Assembly: GCA_025201805.1 (NCBI GenBank)
Contig: MU619348.1
Location: 1 to 59,972 of the forward strand
Reading direction: 5' to 3'
DNA length: 59,972 nt
DNA from: Parasitella parasitica NRRL 2501
Lineage: Eukaryota > Fungi > Mucoromycota
Shown here: positions 47,318-59,972 of the stretch, piece by piece
Numbering within the stretch: position 1 is the first letter of the stretch
Layout of the letters: every line of letters begins with the position of its first letter
Made by a program: the position numbers and the translations under genes
Notes under the pieces: generated by a model
Seen by the model: only the letters and a program-made list of their open reading frames with translations
What the model was told of the DNA's origin: nothing
The model's database searches: none

Positions 47318-47599
47318 TTTTCGTCGAGGAAAAAAATAGAATCAAGTAACAATAATAAAAAAAAGAAATAGGGAATAAAATAATAATATAAAAAAAAAAG
47401 GAGAAGAAGGGGATAGTCTACCTAAATATGTGTTTGATACAAATATTTGTCTTGTTTAGATGACCACAAAAAAAAAAAAATCTTTACAAACTTGTTGTTA
47501 TTGTTCTTGTGACAAGACCACATCATTTGCTCATTAGTGCAAAACATGGATTTTAATGATTATGATATGTAAAAATGTGCATGTAGGAAAATCAAAGAG

Positions 47600-48588
47600 T
47601 TAAGGGAAAAGCTCGCCAAGAATACGCATAGTATCGTCTGGGGATTTTACACTGTGGCCAATGACGCCAGGATTAGTGAAAATCTCATAATCATTACCGC
47701 CTTCAAATGTTTTGTCACCAAAGAAATGAATTTTCTTGAAATTTTCTTCTCTCAGATGTTTCAAACAATAAGTCTTGTCCCATCCAGTAGGGAAAACATC
47801 GAATGAAATTTGACCGCCAATGGAGTAAGTTAAAGCCAAGTGGGGGAATTCTTTCTTGAGGTCCTCCACAAACTTCTTGCGAAGGCCTCTTGCAAGATCG
47901 TACTTTTCAAATTCATTACGCTCCTCTCTTGAACAATTACGGCCAATAGGAGAGATATTGATCATACCATTACGGAACTCAACAAAGGTACCACTAAATA
48001 AGCAGCATGAGCATATATATTACACAACAGCTCAAAAATGACTTACCGCTTCTTGGGAAGTTCCATGTCAGCAATATATCGTAGACAAAAGTTGACCAGC
48101 TTGGTATACTCCTCATCTCCAATCCACTGAATGAAAGACTACAGTAGAAAGTCAATACGTTCGTCCCTGTTGCGTGTATCAAATGTTACCTGAGAGGCCA
48201 ATTGTTTACCACAGCGAAAGGCGGTAAGACCATTTTCGGCAAAGCAAAAGTCAAAATCCTCAAGGACTAATCGAAAAAAAGCCAGTTTAGTCCACTGTTC
48301 TCCTTTCTTGGACCAACATGCCATTAACTTACTAGAATTACCAAGCTGCTCATACTGTTTGCTGATATCTGAGCCACCAACAAAACCGATGACTGTTTTC
48401 TTGCGAAGCTCTGCTAACGTTTTTTTCATTTCTGGCGAAATAAACTACAAATAAAGTCAACACACGCGTTGAGAACCATCATCTTTACATGAACTAACAT
48501 TGCGAGCAGGAGTCAAGGTGCCATCGACATCAAAGAGAACAATAGTATCAGGGTGAGTGCGGCCAGAAAAATCAGTGGTAGGAGACAT
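47600..48588 (-). CDS. SEC53: Phosphomannomutase (HAD family); multi-exon
   Basis: [74 protein letters not shown]. Confidence 0.96.
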
Positions 48589-51284
48589 TTATGTATATGA
48601 TAAAGGCGTATGTAAGAAGAAGGTTGAAAACCTCTGTTGAAACAATTTAGTTTAAATAGTTCTGTTTGCCCAATTATAAACCAATACGTTCCTTGACGAT
48701 CCAAAAAAGATGAAATTAAAAGCACAATGAGGCTGGCCAATATTGGCGGTTTGTAAAATAAATAATTGTCTGGATGGTGAAAAATATTTGTCTGAATTAG
48801 GAAAAAAAAGTTACCCCTAAAACTATAAAAAAAAAACATTTCGACAGTTTCATTTCGTTTCTCTTTTTTTTTTTTTCTTTTCTTTGCCGGGATCTGGGGG
48901 TAGTTTGGTAGCTGCATATCAAGTTTCTTTGTATGTGTTCTTTTGGATATATCCTTAGTTTCTGATACTGCGGCCCCTCGCGCTATGTCAGTTCTTGTGT
49001 AGATGTGCCGGTATTCGCAACGGACTCGATAAGATGGCTTAGCTTAGCAAACGCATTTTTGGGATTAGACGTATTCTCACCTTCTCGTGGTTAATCCTGT
49101 GAATCAATGTACATATTTTGAGAGCAAAGAAGAATACAGGTGTGATTAGACTACCATAGCATGCTATTTTTTTTGTCGTTAAAAGTAATAATAATCGTTG
49201 TTCCAAATGAAAAAAAAATGCCTCCCTTCTAGTGCAATTTGTATCTGATGAAACGTTTCTACTTTTGAACCAAAATGAAAACGATTTGAAATCTAGAGTA
49301 AAGTAACACATTCTTCGACGTACCCTATAGTAATGATTCTTGACGGAAGGGACAAAAGACATACGCCCTTTGATCTCGGTAGTGAGCTCCCGAAGACGTT
49401 TCTTATTGGTTGCAGATAGTTCCCAAAAAGCATCTTTTTCGGGCAATGTCATTTGGACGAGAATGGGCTAAAAGCCGTTTTTGGAGAGGCACATTCAAAC
49501 ACTTGTCAGCATCTCCTCTTTCTTAGCCTTGAAGTCAGAAATAATTTGTAAATCGGCTTGCTCGCAGTGTTTATAATGTCTGTATGCTCATACATTTGTA
49601 AAAGAGTTTTTGAGAGTGGCAAATCTCATCTTAGCTGTGTTTTCTGTACAGTTGGATTTTCATCTATTCTATTCTCAAGGTGCTTTGTAAACCTACCTTT
49701 TAATTTTCGTCAATGGGATTCAAAATGTGGACGAATATCACACGCTCTCAAGATGACTCAAATGACAAATCCAGGCACAGTTTAAATCACCAAAAAAAAA
49801 CAACTGCGTTAAATCATGCTGTTATGCCCAGTGATTTTATGAGCAAATATCAAGAATAACGATAAAAGTCAACAGACCAAATTTCCAATTCAAAATACAA
49901 CAATTTTACTCATACAACAATGAGTAATCCAGAAATAAAAAGTGAACCTTTAAAGAAGTCTAGTTTTTCATACTTAACGTATGAAGAAAATGAAATCATC
50001 CTAGTGAAAGCAACATAATGCACTGCAGTCAAAATTATGCAACGAGAATTCTGTTATTTTATTGAAAAAAATGGGGATATTGTATATATTTTACGGATCA
50101 GCAATTACAACTGTTGGGACATTGTTTAATCACAGTGATAGTGGTGATCTATCATTACACAACCATTAACGGATTGAATGATCGATGTTTCAAACATCCT
50201 GTATACATCGAATCAGATTAGCTATAAAACAAGTAGAGAGAACTGGAGCATCTTCAGGTAAAACATCACTTCATATTATTGTTCCGGAAAGTATATTATT
50301 ATTGTTTAAAATGCCAAGACTTGAAGATGTAGTTAGAGTATGATACTCTAAATATACATGGGAGACTTCTTACAGAGATCAAGCATGGTCAATTAAGAGA
50401 GTGTCATGTTAAGGTTTAGTCTACCAATGTAGCGGTGCTGATTTGGTGTTGTGCTTGAGATCCAACATCTCGGGTATTCTCTCAATGATGCAAATGACCC
50501 TAATGAGGATTACACTGCTATGAGGATTCTCACTACCAAGGCTATACTTTCTTCCTCTTCCTGTGTCGTTAACTGATTAACCTCATCTTGGTATTACATG
50601 GCTAGTAGTTGGTTCTGTAGCTCAAGCATAATACTTCATCCCATAGCCACGTACCCGATGTCCATGCTCCGAAGCATAAATAGTTTGGACAATGTTGAAT
50701 ACAGATCAAATATAAAAATAAGTATATCTAGCCTTAATTCCATATCTATTTTGTATATCAAAGCAATTATACTTTGAAAAGGGGAACCGGTATCATTGAA
50801 GCAGGAGAGTTTGGTAAATCAACCAAATCTATCAATTCAATGGCAGGCAGGAATTACTCTGAATTTCTTAATGTTCAAATTTTATTGATGATCTCTCATG
50901 TACTTGTTCAAAAAGACTTGATATGAAGACATTGTATACTATGGAGCTTTTTACTAATCGCAATCACAAGAGTATAGTAATCAAACATCTGTATAGGAAT
51001 ATCCTATGGTTGCTGTGCTTTACAAGTTTAAGATAATCTATGGATAGCTTCAACTGCTTACATCTAACAAATGCTCATAGAAGCGGCTAGTCGACTTGAA
51101 ATGTCGTATAATTAATCTTGTAGCATCAATGCTTAGGTAACCTTTCTATCCAAGTGCCAGCTAGACCAACGTACTTGGATAGAAGGAATTCCATGCAGAA
51201 AACAACGTCACGAAATCATCATACAAACAAGCCTTCTTTTCCTTCAAGTTACTCCTTTTGCTCCTGTATCGTATTTGCTCGCAT

Positions 51285-53398
51285 ATGTCCACCACCAACA
51301 AACCGACTACTCAATTCTCATGTAAGTAAAAGTATGCAAGAGTTACTCGAACAAAGTATATCAACCCTACATAATGTAGTTCGTTCACAAAAAGAGTTGA
51401 CTATCTGGGATGGCTACCCCGAGCTCAAGGCTGTCAACAAGTTTGAAAAGTACGTCCAACGCATGCTTCAAATACAGGTTAAATGCTAACTTTGATTCCA
51501 TGTTAGGCCAAATACTACAGCTCGCACGTTCCATTACAGCAAATACGGTCATGTATACGCCTATTCCACAAATTTGAGGTAACAAATCATAGTGAAGATG
51601 GTATTGCGTTTTCTTTTTTTCTTTTTTTTTAACAAAACAAAATCATATCAATCTAGCATCAAAGTCTTTGATGCTTCTACTCTGGACCAATTTTGTGAGA
51701 TTGAAAAGCCAAATGTTATTCTTTTCTGGCTCTCTCCTCAAGGCAGCTACTTGGCCACTTGGGAACGTCCCAGTAAGTCGCTAGATGTAATATTGGATGG
51801 GCATGCGCTGATTATTTATTTATCTTAGCTAAACTCGAAAATGGTGCTGGTAGTAATAATCTCGTAATTTGGGATACAAAGACTGGCCAAGAAATTGCAG
51901 CCTTTTCTCAAAAGGTTCAAACCAATTTGTAAGTCAAAATATATGCTGGTGTATCTTTTCATCCAACACATTGTGCATTTTAGGAATTTTCAATGGACTG
52001 ATGATGAAAAGTATTGTGCACGTTTGGTTACTGGAGAAATTCAGTTTTGGGAGAGCAAAAATGTTGGAAAATGTAAGTTGAGACAAAGAGACCTTTCGTG
52101 CAAACGATTCACAATGAAGTTAGCATGTTGGGCTAGGCTTAAGCTTGAAGGTGTTGCTCAGTTCTCGTTGAGCCCTGGCAAGGCACCTGCTGTTGCCGTC
52201 TTTATTCCTGAAAAAAATGTAGGTTCCATACAATCCATCTAATGTTACTCACTGACTAACTGGATGCTTGTAGGGAGCACCTGCTATTGTGCGTATGTAC
52301 AGCATTCCTAACTTCAACTCAGCATTGTCCAACAAAACTTTCTATAAGGCAGACAGAATCTCAATGTACTGGAACGATTTGGGTACCAACCTGTTGGTGT
52401 TGACCATGACTGATGTGGACAAGTCAAACAAATCGTACTACGGTGAGACTAATCTGTATTATCTTGCGGTTGCGGGCAATTTTGATTGCCGTGTTCCTCT
52501 GGATAAAGAAGGGCCTATTCATGATGTTACATGGGGACCTGACTCTAAGGAATTCATTGTTGTCTATGGATCTATGCCTGCCAAGGCCACTTTGTTTGAC
52601 CACCGTGCGGAGCCTATGTTTGATTTCGGGATTAATCCTCGCAATTTCGTTAAATATAACCCTCAAGGACATACCATCTGTATTGCTGGCTTTGGTAACT
52701 TGAATGGCACTGTCGATCTCTGGGATAGAAAAAAGCTGAAAAAGATCGCCACCTTTGCTGCTTCTAATGCTAGTCATTGTGAATGGTCTCCTTGTGGTAG
52801 ATATCTTTTAACTGCCACGCTGACTCCTCGTCTCCGTGTAGATAATGGCTTCAAATTATGGCATCACTCAGGCACATTGATTTTCGAAGAAGCTGTGGAT
52901 GAGCTTTATCAAATCGGTTATTGTCCTGAACCCGCTTCTCATTATCCTATGCGTAATATCTCTCCTCCTCCTAATCCTATTAAAATCCTTCCTACTGTTG
53001 GTAGCGATGCCAAGGCAGCTGCGACACCCGCTGGTGCTTATAGACCTCCTCATCTCAGGGGTTCTGCTTCACCTGTGTCTCTCTCTGATAGAGCCTCTGC
53101 TTTAGTTGGTATCGGATCCTCTCGTACTTCTCCAGCGAAGATCGTAGGTGCAAAGTCTGGCAAGAATGGAAAGAAGGACGCTCCTTCCCCTAAGCCTCAA
53201 CAACAACAACGACAACAACAACCTGTTATGAGCCCAGAGGAAAAGCAAAAGAAGATTCGTAACCTCGAAAAGAAATTAAGACAAATTAGAGAACTGAAGG
53301 ATAAAATGGGTCGCGGCGAAGAATTGGGTCTTGCACAACAAGAGAAAGTCGCCTCTGAAGTTACTGTGATGAGAGAACTTGCAAATCTTCAACTCTAA
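51285..53398 (+). CDS. EIF2A: Eukaryotic translation initiation factor 2A (WD beta-propeller); multi-exon
   Basis: TDVDKSNKSYYGETNLY, EGPIHDV.W.P.SKEF.VVYG.MPAK, AGFGNL.G, TPRLRVDNG, AYRPPH, KKIRNLEKKLRQI..LK. Confidence 0.94.
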
Positions 53399-54158
53399 AC
53401 TATCCACCTCTGATGCGCCTGTATCCTGAAGGAATAAAATGTATTTAAAGTATTAATTTAGTGCTAATCTTATATTAAAATGATAGTGTTTAAATAACAT
53501 GTACTCTCATATCATTGTGTGGTTATTGAATTTAGAAATATCTCTTTTGATTGTTTATGATCTGACATGTTTACATCACGGTTGCATTACGGTATCCCAA
53601 GCACTTTTGAGGGGTTATAGGATGCAATATGTTGGTCTTTTTATTCTTATCTTGCCTTGTATTTTACTTGATTTTATAAAGTTTCTTGAGACAAGAGTAT
53701 TTACGCCCTTTAGATTTGTTGCTTCATTACTCAAAGAGGTAATGTTTGCGATATTCTCCCTCAGAAAATTGCTTACTCAAAATTTTAGAATTGTTCATAC
53801 TAATATTGCTGTAATCTACACGATTTGATGCAGAATTTAAAAACACTTGGCACAGATCTAGGATATACTTATTTGTGAAGTCATTATCATGCACTTTAGG
53901 CTTTGGTCAAACTCAATGTAATCAAATCGACGATTGCCATTTTTTCCGTCTTAAAGAATACTCTGCAAAATCTATCACATGTTGATTATCTGTGAGACGT
54001 TAAAGAATTGGCTTGTTTAAAAAATTTGCAATATTATGAAAAGGTAAAATAAGTGAAACTTTATTAAAGATTTAGGACCTTGGAATATAGAAATATGAAT
54101 GAGTACAGTATGTATACAAGATATGTAACGTAAAATGAAATTTAAACCTGGTGAAAAT

Positions 54159-55120
54159 CTAGAATTCTTTCTTTTTTTCATCGTAGCTTAGGCCACCAGG
54201 TCCAATGGAGACCAGTAACAGTAGCCCACCCATAATGCTCAGGCATTGGAAAAAGTCATAGCGCAAAAAATCTCGTTTATAGTTGGAATGATTTGTAGAC
54301 CACCAGTTATTAACCAGCATATTGATGATGCAGAGCAAAGAAACCAAAAATGTGGCAGACCATTTGGCTCTAAAACCTACTATCACCATCGCACACGCTG
54401 TTAATCCAACAAAAGAGACAGCCATACGCACATAGTTCCATTCACCATTCAATATGAACCCCAAAAATAATAATACCAGTAGCACACGTCCAGCAAGTTG
54501 AAAGTACTTGTCTCTTTCACTTACTGTTAGCTGAGGAAGCGACGCAAACATGCTGCTATGCTTGTTTCTTGATTTCTTTCGCAAAATTGATTCCGACATG
54601 CATAATAAAAGCCCACCTGTTACTGAAAGATTGCGTAAAAAGAACATCTATGTTGCATAAAGAAATCAGATTATATGTACATGAACTAATTACGTGTTGG
54701 TCTCGACTTACCAGATCAAACACCAACCCATAAGCAATTGCCTGGCCAGTAATGACTGCAGCCAACACTGCCACTGATAGGCCCACCTGGCGTTTTAAGA
54801 TAATACACGAAGCAAACATTGCCATAGACTATGTAAGATGTATCAAAAAACTTTACCAATGTTTATTGCTCTATTTTACTTACCATCGCATTAAACCCCA
54901 AAAACATAGATGCTGTGTATCCAGGAAAATGACGAGCTTTCTCCAGATACCGAACCTGATCCGACCATTGGTATGCGATGCGCAAAGCATCTTCGTAAAA
55001 TGTAGCTACTATCAAAAACCTACTTACTGCAGGTAGGTGGGGCTTGATAGGTGAGCCTATTAGTCCTAGTAAATGTTCGGCTCTTTCGCCTGTAGATCTA
55101 ATGGTGGTATTGATGCCCAT
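54159..55120 (-). CDS. ERV29: SURF4/Erv29 ER cargo receptor (3 exons)
   Basis: KPHLPAVSRFLIVATFYEDALRI..QW.DQ, FFLRNLSV.GGLL, RDFLRYDFFQ.LSI.GGLL, GPGGLSYDEKKKEF (dilysine end). Confidence 0.93.
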
Positions 55121-55884
55121 TTCGAAGTATATTTTAAAATTAAGAAAAAGAACGCAAAATACCGAACCCACGCTTGATTTTTATACCATATCTTGCAAAG
55201 TGCAATGTTTTTCTATTTATCATTATTTCTTTATCGACTATTTCATGAATTTCCCTAAAGCAAAAGCATGATCCAGACATTATTGCGGGACATAAATCGC
55301 ATTCCAGGTACAACTAACAAATCACAACAACATACCACACATGGTTTGTGTACCTACCAACGTCTCTCTACCCCCTTAATATCACTGATATCCAGTGTTC
55401 AACCGTTTTCAATCCTTGGAAAAAATCATTAGCAGCAAAATTTATTTTTGAAGAATCTGCAATTTCATTTCGACCCAATTGTTGCGTAAACGTGCAGAAA
55501 AAGTTGCAGAGGAAATCTTTTAGTCATGAGTAGCTACCAGAGATTGCTACATACTATAGTTATTTTTTTGAGAACCAAAAGATTTGATCTGGCGATTTGA
55601 AAACTAAACTCTGATAACATTTACAGCCTCTATGATTTATTTTGCGATCTCTAGAGTAAGGGACCATTTGAAACGATAAATTACATAAAGTATAATAATC
55701 TGGGATATGGTGCATACTTTGCATCATTTGCTGTTTCGAATGATAAAGTAGTAGTATATAAAAATGATGTTGAAATGAGATGCTGGCATGGTTGCTTTGT
55801 TGTAGCCGCATGATCTGATATGAGTAATCTTTTGTAAGGATTGAAGCCCTTTGGGTATTAGATGGTGGAGATTTCCAATAATGA

Positions 55885-55891
55885 TGAGTCA
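55885..55891. promoter_or_regulatory. Gcn4/CpcA recognition element upstream of HOM2
   Basis: TGAGTCA (reverse complement TGACTCA) about 105 bp upstream of the ATG of an amino-acid biosynthetic gene; a variant TGAGTAA lies at 55821-55827. Confidence 0.55.
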
Positions 55892-55994
55892 CAATAGGCC
55901 AATGAAAAGACCCAACCTTCATGGCTAAAAAACCCTTTCCTTGGCTCTATCTAAGCTTCTTCTCTTTCTCGTTATTTGCACATTAAATTCTGAC

Positions 55995-57125
55995 ATGGCT
56001 CCTACAAAAAAAGTCGGTATTCTCGGTGCTACTGGTACTGTTGGTCAGCGCTTTATTCTTTTATTAGCTGAACATCCCATCTTCAGCATTCATGCTCTCG
56101 GCGCATCTGCTCGTTCTGCCGGCAAGACCTACAAGGATGCTGTCCGCTGGAAGCAAGCTCGTCCTATTCCCGAGAACGTTGCCCAAATCACTGTGAAATC
56201 TTGCGATGCTGAGCTTTTTAAGGATTGTGATGTGGTTTTCTCTGGCCTTGATGCCGATGTCGCCGGTGATATTGGTAATTATACAAACTAGATCGTGCAT
56301 GTGAACTGTAAATTGACAGCTTTCATAATAGAAATGGCTATGCTGAAGCAAAATATCGCCGTTTTCTCCAACGCAAAGAATTACCGCCGTGATCCCAGTG
56401 TTCCATTGATCGTCCCTACCGTTAACTCTGATCATTTCGACTTGATTGCTCATCAGCGTAAACTCAACAACCTCGACAAGGGTTTCTTGATCACCAATGC
56501 CAATTGTTCAACAACCGGTTTGGTTGTTCCGTTGAAAGCTTTACAGGATGCCTTTGGCCCTATGAGCCACATTATTGTCAACACTCAACAAGCCATTAGC
56601 GGTGCTGGTTATCCCGGTGTACCCAGCCTAGATATATTGGATAACGTTGTCCCTCATATTGGTGGAGAAGAAGAAAAGATGGAATGGGAAGTAGGTAAAA
56701 TTTTGGGTGATTTAGCTTCTGACAAGCAATCTTTGGTCCATTTGCCCGAGACTATTGTCTCTGCCACTTGCACCCGTGTTCCTGTTTTGGATGGCCATCT
56801 TGAAACTGTTTCCGTCAAGTTTACAAATGGCGCCCCTTCTGTCGAGCAAGTGTATGAGGTCCTTGAAAAGTATACCTCTGATGCTGAAAAAATGGGCTGC
56901 CATTCGGCTCCTCAAAAGCCCATTGTTGTAACTTATGATGCAGACAGACCTCAACCTCGTCTTGATCGTGAAAATTTGAAGGGCCAAGCTGTTACCGTTG
57001 GTCGTGTTCGCAAGTGCCCAGTTTTGGACATCAAGTTTGTTCTTTTGGTTCACAATACTGTCCTTGGTGCTGCCGGTTCATCTGTACTCAATGCCGAGAT
57101 TGCTGTTGCCAAGGGTTTGATTTAA
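55995..57125 (+). CDS. HOM2: Aspartate-semialdehyde dehydrogenase (exons 55995-56274, 56332-57125)
   Basis: [21 protein letters not shown], catalytic [35 protein letters not shown]. Confidence 0.96.
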
Positions 57126-57369
57126 GCACTATTCATGCTGTATATTTTCTTAGAATTAAATTACATTTTTAAAATAAAACATCACTATTGTATATTATTA
57201 TTCATATTTTTGTCTAACCATCACTGCTGGAGCGAAAAAGAAAAGAAAAGAAAAAAGGGCCGTGTGCGATTAAAAAAAAAATAATAGTTTATGTCGCATT
57301 CGATTTCTATTATCTCTTTCGCTTGGATACAAGTATGTATGTATTAAGGAACCTTTAGGACACAAGGTA

Positions 57370-58200
57370 TGAAATTTCTGTCACAGATTTGTATGCTGAA
57401 TGGAGACTTGCTGATATCAAGGAAGCCAAATGTACTGAGAGAATGAGCGTCTAATTTGTTGACAATATATTCATGTTCATGGTACAAGTAAACGATGCAA
57501 GGTTGATTTTATTTGATCATTTTAGATTTTTACAAATAGAGTGGTTACATACATCCAGACCATCTACAAAGCTGCTTGTTTTACGACAGAGAAGGAAAGT
57601 TGAAGGGAATTGAAATTTCAATCGTACCTGTCGAAGTTGGTATCATAGATCAAAGCGGCTAACTTGTTTGCATTAGGATTACTTGGCCTTTTCAATCGAT
57701 TCGTTGTTCAAGAATACCAAAGTCGCCGAAACGGTGCTGTCGTTCAGGTCGAAATGTGAAATGACTCCCCTAATACTCGCTTGATGAAAAGAGTCAATTC
57801 AGAGGCTTGAAGTGACTATGGCATTTAATGTTTTAGTCCTCATAACTTCTTACTACCGCCGGTATCTTTTGTTAGACTTAGTGAGTAAGATGATCTTAAT
57901 CTTCAAATGATAGATATTTTCCTTGATTGTTATTTAGTAGACAGTGTTCCTGTCGAAGAGTTTATTATCATATCGATCGTGTTCCTTAGGAGATTGTTCC
58001 TATAAGTCTTTTATAACCTTATTGCTAATTTTCGTTATTCAAAGAGTGGGATATTGTCCCATACAGTACTTGATCGAATGTTGTTCCCTACTCAAACGTT
58101 TGAGTAGAACATTATTCCTTTCAAGATTTTGTAATTAGACGAGCTGGTGAAAAAACTCGACCTTCACTTCTTTACGGCGATTTAATCGGCCTTCGTTCTA
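57370..58200 (-). pseudogene. Heavily decayed coding relic, probably REase-like family
   Basis: Fragments LAALIYDTNFD/GTIEISIPFN, ICKNLNDQIK and HSLSTFGFL among many stops. Confidence 0.25.
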
Positions 58201-58329
58201 ATAAGTATGCACTGCTCGTTTTATATCAAGATCTATTTGGATTGACAGGTAATTAGGCAAGCTTATAAATGTAGTTCAAACAAAAAGCAAAGCTTAAAAT
58301 CTTATGATTGCTACCCACTTCCGGTAATA

Positions 58330-59972
58330 TTAGGTGCCCATGGGGGCAAAGATGACAATGCTGTCATTCCCTTCTTCGATACAGTAACTAGAACACGGAG
58401 ACCATTAAAACACAAATGAAGCTACGCACTAACGAGGTTCTAGGCATCCAACCTGAAGTATATCACAACTCCACATGCTTTCTAGGTACTAGAATGTAGA
58501 AAAACAAAGATAGTCAATACAGCAGACGCACTGAGCGCCAAATACACAAACTTTAATCTCGAGGAGGAGGGAAGGTATCAGGTTAACAATGAGAAGAATG
58601 GTAGTTTGCTAAGAAAAGTTCCTTTGATTGGAGTTTTTATCAACAGCAAAGAGCCAGTATATAGAAATACACCATATTAAACACATAAACATTTTGATAC
58701 AGAGCAAGATAAAGCCTTTTTCAAGCTTAATTAATACAGGGCATCAGACAAGATTACTCATTCCGTATTTAGTAGTTACAGGATCCAATTTGATGTATCA
58801 ATTCTAAAACGGGTTGTCAATATAATATAAACTTATACTGAAGATTAAAACATCATATCATAGCATAATATGATATGACACTTGGGATAGATACAATCTA
58901 TCCTATCTCCCGGATCTCATCACTAAAACCTTTATCCTCACATCTCTTCCCTCAGTTTTCTATTAAATCACATTGTTATTTTATCGTGATATATTCTATT
59001 TGCCAGGAGGGAAGAACTACTTAACATTGTAATTTAAACAACCTCAGCAATACTCCTAATAATTTCAAAGATCCAATAATAGTTTATCAGACTATCATCA
59101 ATTAATAAGAGCCAAACGTACCGTTTTAGTACTGGACTGTATTCAAGTATTCATAATTGTTTGTTCAAGCTGTGAGATATATGATTATGAAGTGCAAATC
59201 ATTTAAATGTTTGGATGGGAAATGCTACGTAATTTGACAAAAATTGCATATATCTACTAGTAAATGTCATTTTAGCAATCTCTATCCTGATGGATCAATC
59301 TGTCGGTTTTTGCCTATTAATTGGAGGTTGAATTTTATCTCAATTCCAATATTGACACTAACATTCAAAAGGAGTTGTATAAAGACTTTTAGAAACCAGG
59401 ACCAGAGAAATCCTGGCTTCCTTTTCAATCTTTAATAAAGACTGTTGGATTAAAAAAAGATAATAAAAACCAAAGGTTAAGGAGCTACGAAAACTTAAAG
59501 ATACTTAATTTAAGATCGAAATTGCATCCGCTATTTATACTTTTTACAACTACATAAATTTATGGTGACTTATTTAGATTACTAATTGACAAGACTAGTT
59601 CACAGTGACAATCTACTTGACAGGGTACGATATGAGGTTATACAGCAAGGGCTACATGTCTTTGATCTGACAGTGCCTTAACCTTTATCCTGGTGCTCAG
59701 ATCTGTGTTACTTACAGGAATAACCTTCTTTTTATTCTCCAATTTACACAAGCGTATCACATCACATCATTGGACAATCTTCAATCTTCAATTGAAGTAC
59801 ATTGCCATGATCTCCTGTCTATAATTATGGCAGATCAAAGACCCTACGTTTTCCGTAATATAATCGCTTGCGGTGTCTTTTGTTATGTCAAAAGTCTGAT
59901 AAAATAAATCTGCCAAAGAATTACACTTTTATTCATAATACATCTCTCGATGTATTATATACACATTCATTA
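58330..59972 (-). mobile_element. Possible highly decayed LINE (ORF1-like, APE-like and RT-like fragments in order)
   Basis: ENVGSLICHNYRQEI (ORF1-like), KFNLQLIGKNRQIDPSG*RLL (APE-like) and FVYLAL (RT C-terminal-like). Weak and stop-ridden. Confidence 0.25.

Noticed and set aside
48900-51200. ORF 49039-49452 and neighbouring coding-like fragments
   Set aside because: No recognisable motif or consistent splice model; probably decayed repeats.
1-59972. tRNA or rRNA genes
   Set aside because: No cloverleaf with A/B boxes and no rRNA-like segment recognised; tRNAscan-SE/Infernal would be needed to exclude them formally.

Overview
Intron-rich, AT-rich eukaryotic genomic DNA, most consistent with a Mucorales (Mucoromycota) fungus. 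The evidence is short 50-70 nt introns, retention of PUS10, and Mucorales-like repeat relics. About 21 intact genes are supportable: RPA43, PUS10, a GPI-anchored CE4 deacetylase, DGAT2, an ADP1-like ABCG transporter, UAP1, mitochondrial IF3, VAM7, a divergent D-2-hydroxyacid dehydrogenase, TBP, an SLC35F transporter, IDH1, a peroxisomal acyl-CoA synthetase, nudE, a REG1-like protein, an MSP-domain protein, PMM/SEC53, eIF2A, ERV29, HOM2 and hypothetical proteins. The intergenic spaces hold decayed mobile DNA: an open LINE-like ORF1 running off the left edge, a decayed Fanzor/TnpB-like nuclease, a probable KDZ transposase relic, Tc1/IS630-like HTH fragments, and several PD-(D/E)XK (REase-like) pseudogenes. 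The three most notable observations are: (1) TBP intron 2 is unusually long and folds into one long G-U-containing hairpin whose stem carries TATA-box sequences on both strands; (2) a ~3.4 kb mirror-image structure made of two [REase-like gene + convergent Tc1-HTH fragment] modules; (3) the Fanzor relic. No tRNA, rRNA or CRISPR array was recognised. All family calls are motif recognition by eye, with no database search, and relic boundaries are approximate.
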